Source: Corallochytrium limacisporum Hawaii (Eukaryota; Protista; Pluriformea). Taken from it: a DNA stretch of 64,000 nucleotides. The translations under genes were made by a program, and so were the position numbers. Below the pieces are notes generated by a model, which saw only the letters and a list, made by a program, of their open reading frames with translations, was not told the DNA's origin and made no database searches. Below, in pieces: positions 21,113 to 32,240 of the stretch (positions are counted from its first letter, which is position 1; each line of letters starts with the position of its first letter). The stretch covers positions 88,303 to 152,302 of the forward strand of contig PDIP01000089.1 of the NCBI GenBank assembly GCA_002811645.1, in the 5' to 3' direction.

Positions 21113-22522
21113 TGGCAGTATATCTCTGGCCGCCCTGCATATCTGTGTGTCTCCGTGTATCTCTGAGTCCGTGTGTGCCGCTTTCTAATTATCTTTCTGC
21201 GGTACTGCTCCCTTTAACCCCTCGTCCTCTGGGTATCTTCCTCTGTATCTCACCCCCTGCCCCCCCCCACAGGGGAAGGGGGCTGGGGGACTACCCTTAC
21301 ACCCCCTCTAAATGTATGGGGTCCCTACGTCCCTCCCTCCGGCTTCCCTTTGGGGCCCGTCCCTCCACCGCACCCCAACCCCGAACCGGACGCGCCCAAA
21401 AAGGGGCAACACAGAACTCAGCGGTACAATAACTGATAACCTAGTTATATGAATTAGCCAGAGGACGCCGAGAAAAATCTTTGGAAAAAAAAAAGTTTTT
21501 GGGTGTGGGTGTGTGGGGTGGGGTNNNNNNNNNNNNNNNNNNNNNNNNNNNNNNNNNNNNNNNNNNNNNNNNNNNNNNNNNNNNNNNNNNNNNNNNNNNN
21601 NNNNNNNNNNNNNNNNNNNNNNNNNNNNNNNNNNNNNNNNNNNNNNNNNNNNNNNNNNNNNNNNNNNNNNNNNNNNNNNNNNNNNNNNNNNNNNNNNNNN
21701 NNNNNNNNNNNNNNNNNNNNNNNNNNNNNNNNNNNNNNNNNNNNNNGGGGGGGGAAGACGAGCGGGTGAGCGTGAAGAAGAAAAGGCGGGGGGATGGGGA
21801 AGCTGGCCTCTCAGGTATCGTGATGAAATCAAATTCTTGGTGCGAAGTCAGGGGGATCAGCAGGGGGTAAGAAGGAAAAAGTGGAAGCATTCACGGAAAA
21901 TAAAAAAAAAGGGAAGCCGGGACGGAGACAGCTTTGCTTACCGGGCAGAAAAAGAATTAATTTTTTGTGGGTTCCTCTGGATGCAGGGCATTAGTAGATT
22001 GGGTATGGCAATGGCGGTTGATAGGATGGGGCAGGACCTGTTAATCACGTTAGACCTGGCACCTGTGGTCCACCCCCAGACAAACCACCCCCCGCCGGGT
22101 GGGGAGAAGGGGGTGACGCACGGGTGGTTGCTGTCCTACACAGACGCGCAGATAAGGCAGAGCTGAAGACCAGTGGCGCAGTGCTGCCACTGCTGACACG
22201 CTCCCGGAAGACCTCGAAAGGCGCGTAGGGACGGGCCAGGGAGCGGTGGGTTTTTCGTGTTTGTTTGCGCTGTCAGGAGCGACAAGGACACCAATAGAAA
22301 CACACCCACACATACAAGCCCGGCGTGTTAGTGCGTGTCATGGTGGTATTTCCATAGGGATATGGTCTAAAGGGAATGGCCCCAGTTCAGATCCTTGATA
22401 ACAGGTCAATGTGTGCTGAATGGCCGTCCAAGTATTTATGGGCCAGTGTGGGAAAGCATGTTAGACAACTTCATTCAGTAGTAGATTAAACCGTTAAAGA
22501 AACTTACAACTAAAGAATCAAT

Positions 22523-24286
22523 ATGACACAACCACAGAATATCAGAGACGCGCTAAGCGACGCCCGGGATCGGGCAAAGAAAGTGTTGGATCTTTTGCTA
22601 GACGGACGGCCACGCTTTGCTGAAGAATTCGCAGACCGAGAGATCAATTCCCATGTGATTGTACATGGAATAAAGTCACCAACCTTGCTTGTGGCCAAGG
22701 GAATGTGCAGTATCATGAATGCATTTATGTCCTTTGAAGATGACGATATGGAAAATGCTAGATTGGCCATGATGGTTGTCGAGGAGAACCACCAAAACCG
22801 GGAGCGTTTCGTCCACGGCACTGGCATTGCTAGCTGGTTCGGCTTCAACGGATCCTTTGACGATGCAGTCAAGAAGAACCCAGATGTTAAATATTTGAAG
22901 AGCAAGGAAGTAGAGTATGAATTTGAAGTTTGCTATGCAGATTCCCAGCAGTTCAGGGCACTGCTGCTCTTCCTCAACCAGGACATTCGCGGACTCATTC
23001 GCGGTGGATTGATGATGCGGAGCGCCTTGAAGCAGTACCATAACTGTGCACAGTTGCGTGAAAGCATCTTGAAAAGGAACTTTCTTGCGATGGAGGCGAA
23101 TCTAAAGGATGCTGTTAACTTGGGATTAGGCAACATGAACTTAATTATGAGTCTGATTCCTCCTCGTTACCTTAAGCTGCTCAGTTTCATGGGCTACAGC
23201 TCTGACAAAGAGAGCGCGCTAGAACGCCTGCGACAATGCGCTGAGAGCCCAGACCCGCGTTCAGGCTGGTCTAATTTGACTTTGATTTGGTACCTCGGCT
23301 TAATGGAACACTACTACATGATGCCCAACTACTCACCAGAAGTTGGAGAGATGCTAGTGGACAGAAATTTGGTTGACTATCCCGACAGTGTCCTGATCCG
23401 CTGGTTTAAGGGCCGCATGGAAAAAATTCGAGGCAATTTTGGCTCCGCCATAGAAAACTTCCAGCTAGCCTACGACGGATCCAAGGACGTCCGGCAGATC
23501 CAGCACATGAGCGCATACGAATTGGGGTGGTGCCATATGCTCGCAGGAACTTTTGACGAAGCTTTAGAGCACTTCGCCATGATGGCCAAGGAAAACAAGT
23601 GGAGCAATATGTTTTATCAATACCTGTGTGCCATTTGCTATGCCATGATGGGCAATGATAAGGGGATGCAGGAGTTGATCGACAGAGTTGTGGACACGCG
23701 ACCTCGCAAAATCGCTGGAAAGGACATGCCTATGGAGCGCTTTTTGAGCTATCGTGCTCATCAGGTGCAGGGCATCATGAGGAACGAGAAAGTCAAGATC
23801 TTTCTGTGCCTAGAAGTCTTCTATCTTTGGAACTTCGTGGAGTCTCTTCCAGTGGAATTGCAGGATGAGTACTGTTTCACATTGGAGCACCTTGCCCTGG
23901 ACGAATGCAAGAACCCGGAAAATCCCGAGGCTAGTAACAAAGAAAAGGAAAAGGCCCATGAGATGCAGTTGGATTTGTACTATACATCACGTGTGATTGT
24001 AGCGCACATCCACCGCGTTCGTGGCCGCCTGGACCAAGCTGAGGCCGTCCTTAACGAAGTGCTGCTTAGCGAGAGCGACATCCCATCCATCAGCAACGCT
24101 CTAATCAACGCCTATTTCGAGAAGGCTAGCTATCACTACGCTTGCAAAGAGTACAAAGAAGCTCTTATCTGGGCCAACAAAGCCAACAAAGCCAAGGGAG
24201 ACGCCCTCATGGACGGACGGGTGGCCACCCGCAGCCACGTGTTTGCGGGTGTCGTGGAGAGGATCTTGGCTGAAGGTAACGCCTAG
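22523..24286 (+). CDS. TTC39: TTC39/Iml2-family tetratricopeptide repeat protein
   Basis: EVCYADS, LIRGGLMMR, LGLGNMNLIMSLIPP..LKLLSFMGYSSDKE, YPDS, YELGWC, WSNMFYQY and RKIAGKDMPMERF. Confidence 0.85.
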   Translation: MTQPQNIRDALSDARDRAKKVLDLLLDGRPRFAEEFADREINSHVIVHGIKSPTLLVAKGMCSIMNAFMSFEDDDMENARLAMMVVEENHQNRERFVHGTGIASWFGFNGSFDDAVKKNPDVKYLKSKEVEYEFEVCYADSQQFRALLLFLNQDIRGLIRGGLMMRSALKQYHNCAQLRESILKRNFLAMEANLKDAVNLGLGNMNLIMSLIPPRYLKLLSFMGYSSDKESALERLRQCAESPDPRSGWSNLTLIWYLGLMEHYYMMPNYSPEVGEMLVDRNLVDYPDSVLIRWFKGRMEKIRGNFGSAIENFQLAYDGSKDVRQIQHMSAYELGWCHMLAGTFDEALEHFAMMAKENKWSNMFYQYLCAICYAMMGNDKGMQELIDRVVDTRPRKIAGKDMPMERFLSYRAHQVQGIMRNEKVKIFLCLEVFYLWNFVESLPVELQDEYCFTLEHLALDECKNPENPEASNKEKEKAHEMQLDLYYTSRVIVAHIHRVRGRLDQAEAVLNEVLLSESDIPSISNALINAYFEKASYHYACKEYKEALIWANKANKAKGDALMDGRVATRSHVFAGVVERILAEGNA

Positions 24287-25192
24287 TTATCCTTTTAACC
24301 GTTCCCTATTACATATTACATAACCATTAAAGAACCACATCCATATTCCACTATATCATCTGTTTATCCCCTTAGATGTCTGTGAACAGTTCTCTCGCCC
24401 TGAATCTCCAACAAAGGAGTGTGAGGCAACCCCAACAAGGTACCCAACTTCGACTGAGCCAATCTATGGCGACAAATCCCCTGTGAGCACCAGCGTTGCT
24501 CAGCGGCCCCCCCCNNNNNNNNNNNNNNNNNNNNNNNNNNNNNNNNNNNNNNNNNNNNNNNNNNNNNNNNNNNNNNNNNNNNNNNNNNNNNNCCCCCCCC
24601 GGGAGGGTCTCCGCCGGGGGCCTCTCGCCTCGGGGAGGGGGGCCAGGAGGGGGGTCCTTGCAAGTGTTTTGTGCTTTTCCGGCGGCAAATATTCAAATGA
24701 ATGGACCACTCGCGAACAACGCTCCCGGTCCCCAACCCCTCCCCCTTTCTATTTGCGTCCACTATCCCCGGTGTGGGTCTGGGTCATCCCCTCAATATCG
24801 CTTCCGTGTATCACCCGTGGGTGGAGGCGGTGGAGTAGGGGGGTCTCACCGAAACCGGTAGGGCTGGGCGGGCGGTGGTGGGAGGATTCCAGTGTGCAGG
24901 AAACGGGGAAGGTGACGGACGTCTGGAGAAAACAGTTTGGGAAATGGGTTGTGTTGTGTTCTGGAAGATTTTGAAGTGCATTGTTGGGATCATAGCTACT
25001 TTAGAAGGTGCAAGAGGCACAGGTTTGCAGGACAGAATGAACATCTAAATAAGGGAATCTACGATCTGCAGGTCGACCCGGAGTTGGTTCGGTAAACAAT
25101 AAATGTGCGTACGAGTTGAGGAGTGCCTAGGGAGCATGTAATTCACTTGGCATAACACTGAACACGGTGAGATTCCTTCCTACGAAAAAAAA

Positions 25193-26494
25193 ATGTCAAA
25201 ACGGAAGGCAGGGGACAGTCCCGAAGCGGACGGCTCCATCGAACAGGCGGGCAAGATTGACGGGAAGAAGACACGGGGTGGTGGCTCCGCGGCACAGATT
25301 GCCTTTTTTGCCAATGCACAACAACGACGAACCCTGATGAACCATGAAAGACCTATCGTGCCGGAACTGAGCTTTGTTAGTCAAGAATTGCACGAACTGC
25401 GCAGGAATTACGGGTTATATGTGACTCGACCACGAAGGAACCTTCAACACCCGGCAAGGCGGTATTACCCGTCCTCATTATTTTCACGCATTCCAAGGCC
25501 GAGGCGAAACTGTAATTGCTTCAAATCAAAATGTTTAAAGCTGTACTGCGAATGTTTTGCGATGGGTGAGTACTGCAATGATCGATGCCAGTGTCTTTTG
25601 TGCGGCAATACCGGGAGCTACGACCGGACCAGTCGCTTCGTGGCGATCATGCAGACATGGGAACGCAAGCCCAAAGATGCATTTCAACCGAAACTGGCGC
25701 AGATTCTGGACCGTGAAGAGTCTTCAAGCAAGGATGTTCGTACAGACCTTCTCATGAACCAGTCCTCGTCTTCCATTGACAAGGACACCTCAGGAGTACT
25801 CGGTCTCCACAAGGGTTGTCAATGCAGTCGTTGCCACTGTCTCAAGAATTACTGTGAATGTTTCCAGGCTGGTGTCCGCTGCACTGATCTATGCCGATGT
25901 ATTGATTGCAAGAACATCGAGAACACACGCGACCACACAAACGTGCTTGATCAGCTCTATACCAAACAGCTGGTTATGAAAAGCTATACAGAAACTCTGA
26001 ACAATCCCAAGATTGGCGTTGTGAAAGGTCCCCATAACGAGGAGGATGATATCAAGAAGACAGAAGACAATCGTTCGGTGGTTATGGCCAGCGAACTGCG
26101 TGGTCGGAGGCTGCGTCGTGCGCTCAAAGTCACCACCACCCCACAAATGCTACAAAAACTTGGCCGTGCTCTATATTCATCCGTAGAGCCCCACATCGAG
26201 AAAACAAACGGCAACAATGACAAACGTAAGCAGGCAGACACTCTGCAGTGTGAGGAAGACCTTGACATCACCGATGATGGCACGGAGGCCGTGTTGGTAA
26301 CCCACCAGAGTAAGCGTCGTAGACTTGAGCAGGAGCTTAATGACCCGACAAAGCTAGAGGAGCTCAAACAAGACGAGGCCAAGGTGCTCTCTCTGTTCTC
26401 CGACGTGCTGGACAGTATCGTTGAACAATTCTTTGCGACCGCCAATGCTGATAAGGAGCCACTGGTGGCTCGGGATGAGACTGCAGTCGACTAG
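25193..26494 (+). CDS. LIN54: Tesmin/TSO1 double CXC (CRC) domain protein, LIN54-like
   Basis: CNCFKSKCLKLYCECFA..C...C.C..C.N and GCQCSRCHCLKNYCECFQ...C...C.C..CKN, with linker ERKPKDAFQPK (variant of RNPxAFxPK). Confidence 0.88.
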   Translation: MSKRKAGDSPEADGSIEQAGKIDGKKTRGGGSAAQIAFFANAQQRRTLMNHERPIVPELSFVSQELHELRRNYGLYVTRPRRNLQHPARRYYPSSLFSRIPRPRRNCNCFKSKCLKLYCECFAMGEYCNDRCQCLLCGNTGSYDRTSRFVAIMQTWERKPKDAFQPKLAQILDREESSSKDVRTDLLMNQSSSSIDKDTSGVLGLHKGCQCSRCHCLKNYCECFQAGVRCTDLCRCIDCKNIENTRDHTNVLDQLYTKQLVMKSYTETLNNPKIGVVKGPHNEEDDIKKTEDNRSVVMASELRGRRLRRALKVTTTPQMLQKLGRALYSSVEPHIEKTNGNNDKRKQADTLQCEEDLDITDDGTEAVLVTHQSKRRRLEQELNDPTKLEELKQDEAKVLSLFSDVLDSIVEQFFATANADKEPLVARDETAVD

Positions 26495-27160
26495 TGAGGG
26501 AGCATTCAATAACCATGTGTAACCACCCCAGAATTGGACCACATGTTTTGGGTTCCATAATAATTTTGACATTCATCATTGTATCATAACATAAGCACCA
26601 TAAATTTGAAGTAGTCAGTGTTGTTACACACTAATGCCGTGTGCCATCCCCCCTCGGCTTCGCACAATGCGTAGCAGTTCTCATGATTGCGAACAAGGGC
26701 TCAAACCGTCCTTGGCCTCCATCTGCATGTCAAGCTAGACCCGTTGCAGGTACCTCGAGCCTGAGGGTCGGTGGACAGTGTCCATTACAAAGCATCCCGC
26801 TAGCAATGGAAAATGTGCGGCACGGCAGGGGAAGGGGGGGAAGGAAGAAGAAAAAAATTTCGCCTCCGAAGGAACGGAGGTCTCTCTGTGCAGCCCGGTC
26901 CCTGTCCGGACGTAGCGAACCACGACAGCGGCTGAGACACACAAGAGTAAGCGAAGGCCAGCAACTGGGTATTTTGGGTATCACGAAGCGGTCTGCAGCA
27001 TTCCCTGTTAACGCTTTCGATTGTGTAATTCTGAATGGCATTTTTGCAAAGCACGAAGATCACCCGCGGGAGAAAATACTGACCACCGAGAATCTAGTCG
27101 CACGATGCATACATTGGTTGTGAAAACATAGAAAAGCAAAGCGTATACTAGAAGGATATA

Positions 27161-28669
27161 ATGTCTCAGGACGTGTCATTAAACACAGTTGGGCGGCCGG
27201 AAAGCCAGACCGATCCACGTTCCTATGAAGATGTCCCAGGCGTCGTCCGATCTGGTCGGGTGTTCAAGGTCTGCCTTACGGGCGGCCCTTGCGCTGGAAA
27301 GACCACGGTTCAGTCCTTGCTCTACGAAACTTTGACTGAGCGGGGCTACAAAGTCTACCGACTACCCGAAGTGGCGACCGTTTTACTAGGTGCGGGTGTA
27401 TCGTTTGCATCGTTGAGCAAGGAGCAAGCCAACCGCTTCCAAGAGGATCTGCTGCATACCATGCTCAAACTTGAAGATACATTTGAGAACATGGCCAATT
27501 TAGAGCCACAGAGCACGAAAGGCACAGTGATTATCTGTGATCGTGGTGCCATGGATCCTTCTGCCTACGCAGACCCGGAAGAATGGGACTCAATGTGCAA
27601 GAAGAACAAGTGGCATGAGACGGATCTGCGCGACAATCGCTACGATATGGTGGTCTATCTGGTCACAGCAGCCAAGGGAGCCGAAGCCTTCTACTCCACC
27701 GAATCGAACAATGTCCGCTCAGAGGGCATTGAATTGGCCCGGGAATTGGATACTAAAGTAGGACGGGCATGGGTCGGACATCCGTACTTGGAAATTGTCG
27801 ACAATTCAACAACCTTTGACCTGAAATTGAAGCGTGTGGTAGCTGCAGTTGCCACTCGGCTGGGAGAGCGTGATTTGCAGGAGATTGTTGGGGATGCAAA
27901 AGCCCGTGATGTGAAGTATAAATTCCTGCTCAAAGCACCACAGATCTGCTACGGCGGCAAGAAACCCAGCCCGTTTGCCGTCAGCAACTGCGGCAACAAT
28001 GCCGTGGACAACGACCTAATTTATGAACTGGAAAAAGAGGTCGGCGATGATAACCTGGAGGTCATGTCCTTTGATGTGGTAAGCGATTTCATTTCCAGTT
28101 CCGACGGCACGCAGCAGCGTATCCGTCGCCGCGGTCGGAACGGGTCTTATACGTTCACCCACACTACACGCTATCCCCACAAGGACGGTCAGAGGGTCGA
28201 AGTCAAGCGCAGCATCAGTGGCCGAGAGTACGTTGTGCTCCGGAATAGTATGCGTCGCACCGATAAGCATACGGTCTACAAGACACGCTTTTGTTTTATG
28301 TGGGCCGGACGCTACTGGACGATAGACCGATACGAGGAGCCGGCGCCGCCTCGATGCAAAGGGTTGATGCTCATGGAGGCATATTTTCCGCGGGAGGCAA
28401 GCAAACAGGTCGTGGACGAGTCCATCCCTAAGTTCGTGGATGTGGTCAGGGACGTAACAAACGAGCCGGAGTATTCTATGTACGAGTTAGCCAAGGTTCT
28501 ATCTGGTGACGTAGATCACATGGACTTTGGTCGCAGCTCCGCGCTATCTCCAAGTCTCCGGAGCGCCCAGCCGGGACCAAGTTCTTCAGATGCCGATACC
28601 ACTGGGTTCGTCAGCGAATGGACATTAAAGGAAGCCGACAAGTTCATGCCCCCGGCGAAGGATAAATAA
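27161..28669 (+). CDS. TTD14-like protein (AAA_28/NadR-type P-loop domain plus CYTH-like domain)
   Basis: Walker A LTGGPCAGKTT, ICDRGAMD, LRDNRYD, LVTAAKGAEAFY, AWVGHP. The C-terminal RIRRRG..YTFTHT..RVEVKRSISGREY..KTRFCF segment is CYTH-like. Confidence 0.85.
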   Translation: MSQDVSLNTVGRPESQTDPRSYEDVPGVVRSGRVFKVCLTGGPCAGKTTVQSLLYETLTERGYKVYRLPEVATVLLGAGVSFASLSKEQANRFQEDLLHTMLKLEDTFENMANLEPQSTKGTVIICDRGAMDPSAYADPEEWDSMCKKNKWHETDLRDNRYDMVVYLVTAAKGAEAFYSTESNNVRSEGIELARELDTKVGRAWVGHPYLEIVDNSTTFDLKLKRVVAAVATRLGERDLQEIVGDAKARDVKYKFLLKAPQICYGGKKPSPFAVSNCGNNAVDNDLIYELEKEVGDDNLEVMSFDVVSDFISSSDGTQQRIRRRGRNGSYTFTHTTRYPHKDGQRVEVKRSISGREYVVLRNSMRRTDKHTVYKTRFCFMWAGRYWTIDRYEEPAPPRCKGLMLMEAYFPREASKQVVDESIPKFVDVVRDVTNEPEYSMYELAKVLSGDVDHMDFGRSSALSPSLRSAQPGPSSSDADTTGFVSEWTLKEADKFMPPAKDK

Positions 28670-28818
28670 ACGAGCATGCATGGTATGTGTTTTTTCATTT
28701 GCAAAGTGAGGCTTTCTATGAGAATGAAAATTTTCAAATGATTATGTATTGTACACATGAACTGGATAATAGCAAAGAGAATTGGAAGCAAGTGAAAAGG
28801 AGCTTCCAAATAGTAAAC

Positions 28819-29700
28819 CTAGTAAAGCACAGAGGTAGTGTTGCCATACTGCAGACTGTTCTGCGAGTCCGCCAGGTACGTCTCCTGTCGTTCACTCGCT
28901 CGCTTGTTCTCCTGCTTCTTATTGGTGATGCGGTGTGTCGCGAAGCCTACCGCAAGACCGATCGCGACGGTCGCGGCAACTCCAACAACGATAATGACTG
29001 TCAAGGCGACAGTGCTGATACCGGAGCTTGAGCCGGAACCATCATCGACGGCCTGGGCAGTGACCTCGTCTCCGCCGCCCCGGACTGGAGCTCCAGTAAG
29101 TCCATCACCGGTAACGGTGTTTGCCTCCGTCGTAGTAGGGGTGTCAGTGGATGCTTCCAAGCTAGCGACGGCTTCCGGACTGTGCTGGACAGCGCACACG
29201 CCATGGGATGGCAGGGATCCAAAGTTTGGTTTCGGTCCCTTTTCGCCGGCGAGTGATCCTTCATCCCACATGACATGTCCACGAAGAATGGCAACTCCCT
29301 TGTTAGTGGAGAGATGGATGGGAGCAGTACTGATTTCCAGCTTGTTGTTATTAGACATACAAGTGAATGAGGTGGTGGGACTGTCGTGAGGCGACCACCT
29401 GCCGCGACAGTATTCGTTTTCAGCACTGTCCAGGGCATCAAACTCGACCCCGGTCAGGATCCAGTCCTGACAAGCACCGCTGTCTGGATGGAACTTGGGT
29501 GCCACTGCACCACGCAGGCCCATGTAGAGAATTCCGTTGTGGTTATCAATTGTGTCTTCAAAGAGGAGTTTACGATCGGACGCGAAGATCTCAGAGCACG
29601 GTACCTTGCCATTCTCATCGGGTTGAAGATCACATTGAGCAGCTACCAAGCCCAGGCCTGCAAAGCCGAGGATGGTTGAAAGGTTGAACTTTGGTGCCAT
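28819..29700 (-). CDS. Orphan type I membrane protein
   Basis: Signal peptide (MAPKFNLSTILGFAGLGLVAA), 6-Cys ectodomain, S/T/G-rich stalk, TM helix ISTVALTVIIVVGVAATVAIGLAVGFA, basic stop-transfer segment, and a short tail with 3 Tyr. Confidence 0.8.
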   Translation of the reverse strand: MAPKFNLSTILGFAGLGLVAAQCDLQPDENGKVPCSEIFASDRKLLFEDTIDNHNGILYMGLRGAVAPKFHPDSGACQDWILTGVEFDALDSAENEYCRGRWSPHDSPTTSFTCMSNNNKLEISTAPIHLSTNKGVAILRGHVMWDEGSLAGEKGPKPNFGSLPSHGVCAVQHSPEAVASLEASTDTPTTTEANTVTGDGLTGAPVRGGGDEVTAQAVDDGSGSSSGISTVALTVIIVVGVAATVAIGLAVGFATHRITNKKQENKRASERQETYLADSQNSLQYGNTTSVLY

Positions 29701-32240
29701 GATATTTTCCCTTTTGGTTTCCCTTTCCTCTCTTTCTTACGTCCAGATCGCCCTATTGCATTGGACTCACACTAATTGCGCCGGTCGGTTCGTTCAGCAC
29801 CACCTGATCTTTGAAATACTACGAATGCCCAACACACACTCGCCGTGCATCACTGCTCTGATCCAAAAACAGACTACAGCTAAACAAAATGACGCAAACA
29901 AAATTGTTTAAACCCCCGGAAAGAAACAGAGAGTAGAGAGTAGAAAGTCCGTCCGTACGCAACCAGCAACTCTTGCTTTCCCGTCCAGTCCCTTCCCCCC
30001 TTCCTCCCTCTCCCTTTCCCAGAGACCCACCTAGGCAACCCCGCCCTCCCCGTCGGTTCCTTCCTTACCACCTTTTCCCTTGGGTGCCCACGCACCCCTC
30101 CCCCCTCCAACCCCCAAGAAAAACCGAAAGAGAAAAAGCTGACCAACACACCCAAACTACACACTCCTCCCCCCCCCCTCCCTCTCTCCAAATAAAAAAG
30201 AAACATTAAAGAAAAAAAAAAGGAAGAGAACAAAAAGAGAAAAAAAAACCTTTTGCCCCGCCGAGGGCCGGCAAGGCAAGGGCGGCGTGTGTGGGGGGGA
30301 GAGAAGGAGAGAAACAGAGAGCGAGAGAGCGAGAGAGAGAGCCAGGGGGGGGGGTCGTTCACTTCGCCTGCCGTTCTGGATCCTACACACAACACACACG
30401 CTGGGCAGGTGCGCAAGAACGCCCCCCCCCTTCCGCGGGGCCCACAACAACAACAAGAACGCCAAGCCCGGGCGAAGCAGAAGATGGTCTTCAAAGTGAA
30501 TAGGAAACAACGGGGGTTTGCTGGTACCACCAGCATCCAAAATCTTGACATTTGTGCCATCGCACATCGAAGCTAGGCAATTGTACCTTCGCCCCCCCCC
30601 CTCCCTCCNNNNNNNNNNNNNNNNNNNNNNNNNNNNNNNNNNNNNNNNNNNNNNNNNNNNNNNNNNNNNNNNNNNNNNNNNNNNNNNNNNNNNNNNNNNN
30701 NNNNNNNNNNNNNNNNNNNNNNNNNNNNNNNNNNNNNNNNNNNNNNNNNNNNNNNNNNNNNNNNNCCTCCCTCCCGGGTATCATCCACCGGTCCCAAAAC
30801 ACCCGCCCCGTCCCTCCTCCTCCTTTCCCATCCAAGTTGTGGTCCCTGTTTAAATCCAATAGTAAATACACTGTAATTTTTCTGGAAATCGTCATCCCTT
30901 CGCGATAATAAGCACACGACAGTGGACGGTCCAACCCCCCCCGGGGAGCAGAAGGGGGGATGTCCGGAGACACCGGGGAAAAGGGGGTGGGGTGGGTACT
31001 GCTTAGCGTGAGTGAGTGACGAGGAATTGCCAATCAAAAAGCGGGGAGTAAGCTAATTGCCCGAACTTCCTAAAAAACCTGGTCCTTTCTCGGTTCCGGT
31101 GTTTTGCTTAGTGGAAGGTTGAAAGAATGTAAAACAGAAAAAGGACAAATGGGTCCTCACCCCCGGCGCGGGAACGTTTACTACTGAAAAAAAATAGAAA
31201 AGGGAAAACAAACCGAAAGAAGGAGAAGACGAAGGTGGAGGAGGGGGGGAGGGGAGGTGGGTTATGGCCCAATAGTTTTATGTGCGGTTTCTATTTAGAA
31301 TGAGCAGCCGAAAGGGGAGGGGGGGCCTAAAGGGAAAGAAAGAGGGAGAGAGAGGCTTGGTGTAGAGGAAATTCCACCCCTTGTCTTCTTCCTCTCCTTG
31401 CCTTTTATAATACCAGCTCCCGGTTCATTTTGGCGGTGAGGGAGGGTCAGTGACCCACGGCGGTTTTTTTTTTTCCTTTCCAAATTCCCCCCCCCCCCCC
31501 CCCCNNNNNNNNNNNNNNNNNNNNNNNNNNNNNNNNNNNNNNNNNNNNNNNNNNNNNNNNNNNNNNNNNNNNNNNNNNNNNNNNNNNNNNNNNNNNNGGG
31601 CGCTCTCTCCCTTTCTCCCTCTCTGTGTCTGACTCTGTGTCTCAGTTTTTCGTTTTCCTTTTTTTCCGTCTTTCCTTGCGAGATCCTTTGTTCTCGTAAT
31701 TTTGTGTCACTTCGCCAAGCCCGGGCCGGCGTGTTCGGTTGGGGAGGGGAGGAGGAGAGGGGTTTTTAGAAAGTTCTGGTCGCATAAATTACAGCCCAGC
31801 CCGGCGTGCTTGGTACGGGGGTGGGTAGTAGGCAAGGCTTGGGGTTCGGATCTGGCCCCTAATCATGTACCCCGCCGCCCTTGTTGGTGCTTGCCCCATT
31901 GCACAGAGCAAAATAGCGGCGTGTCAGCTGCTCTGTCCGGTACACTTCGTCGTCCTACCGAGACAGCTGGAGAACCTTGTTCGTCTCCCTTGCTGGCATG
32001 CTGGTTTATTGAGGTTCCGTTCCGCATTTAAGGCATAACCGCGAAGACAGGTAAAAGATGGAGGAAGTGTTTTTGAATGAGTCCTTAGGTCTTTAGTGAA
32101 GTATTTCTTGGACCGCTGCTGGCCCCAAGCCTATGTTAGTCTTTGTTTAGTCGCCGTGTGATGTGTCTGGTATGGAGGACTGTATAGAAGGGTCTGTGTA
32201 CATGCAGTGGCTGCTGATTTCATTGCGATTCATACACTAC

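Noticed and set aside
20386-21432. 348-aa plus-strand ORF
   Set aside because: Antisense to GFOD, then runs through a CT microsatellite (SLSLSL); GTG start; low-complexity artefact.
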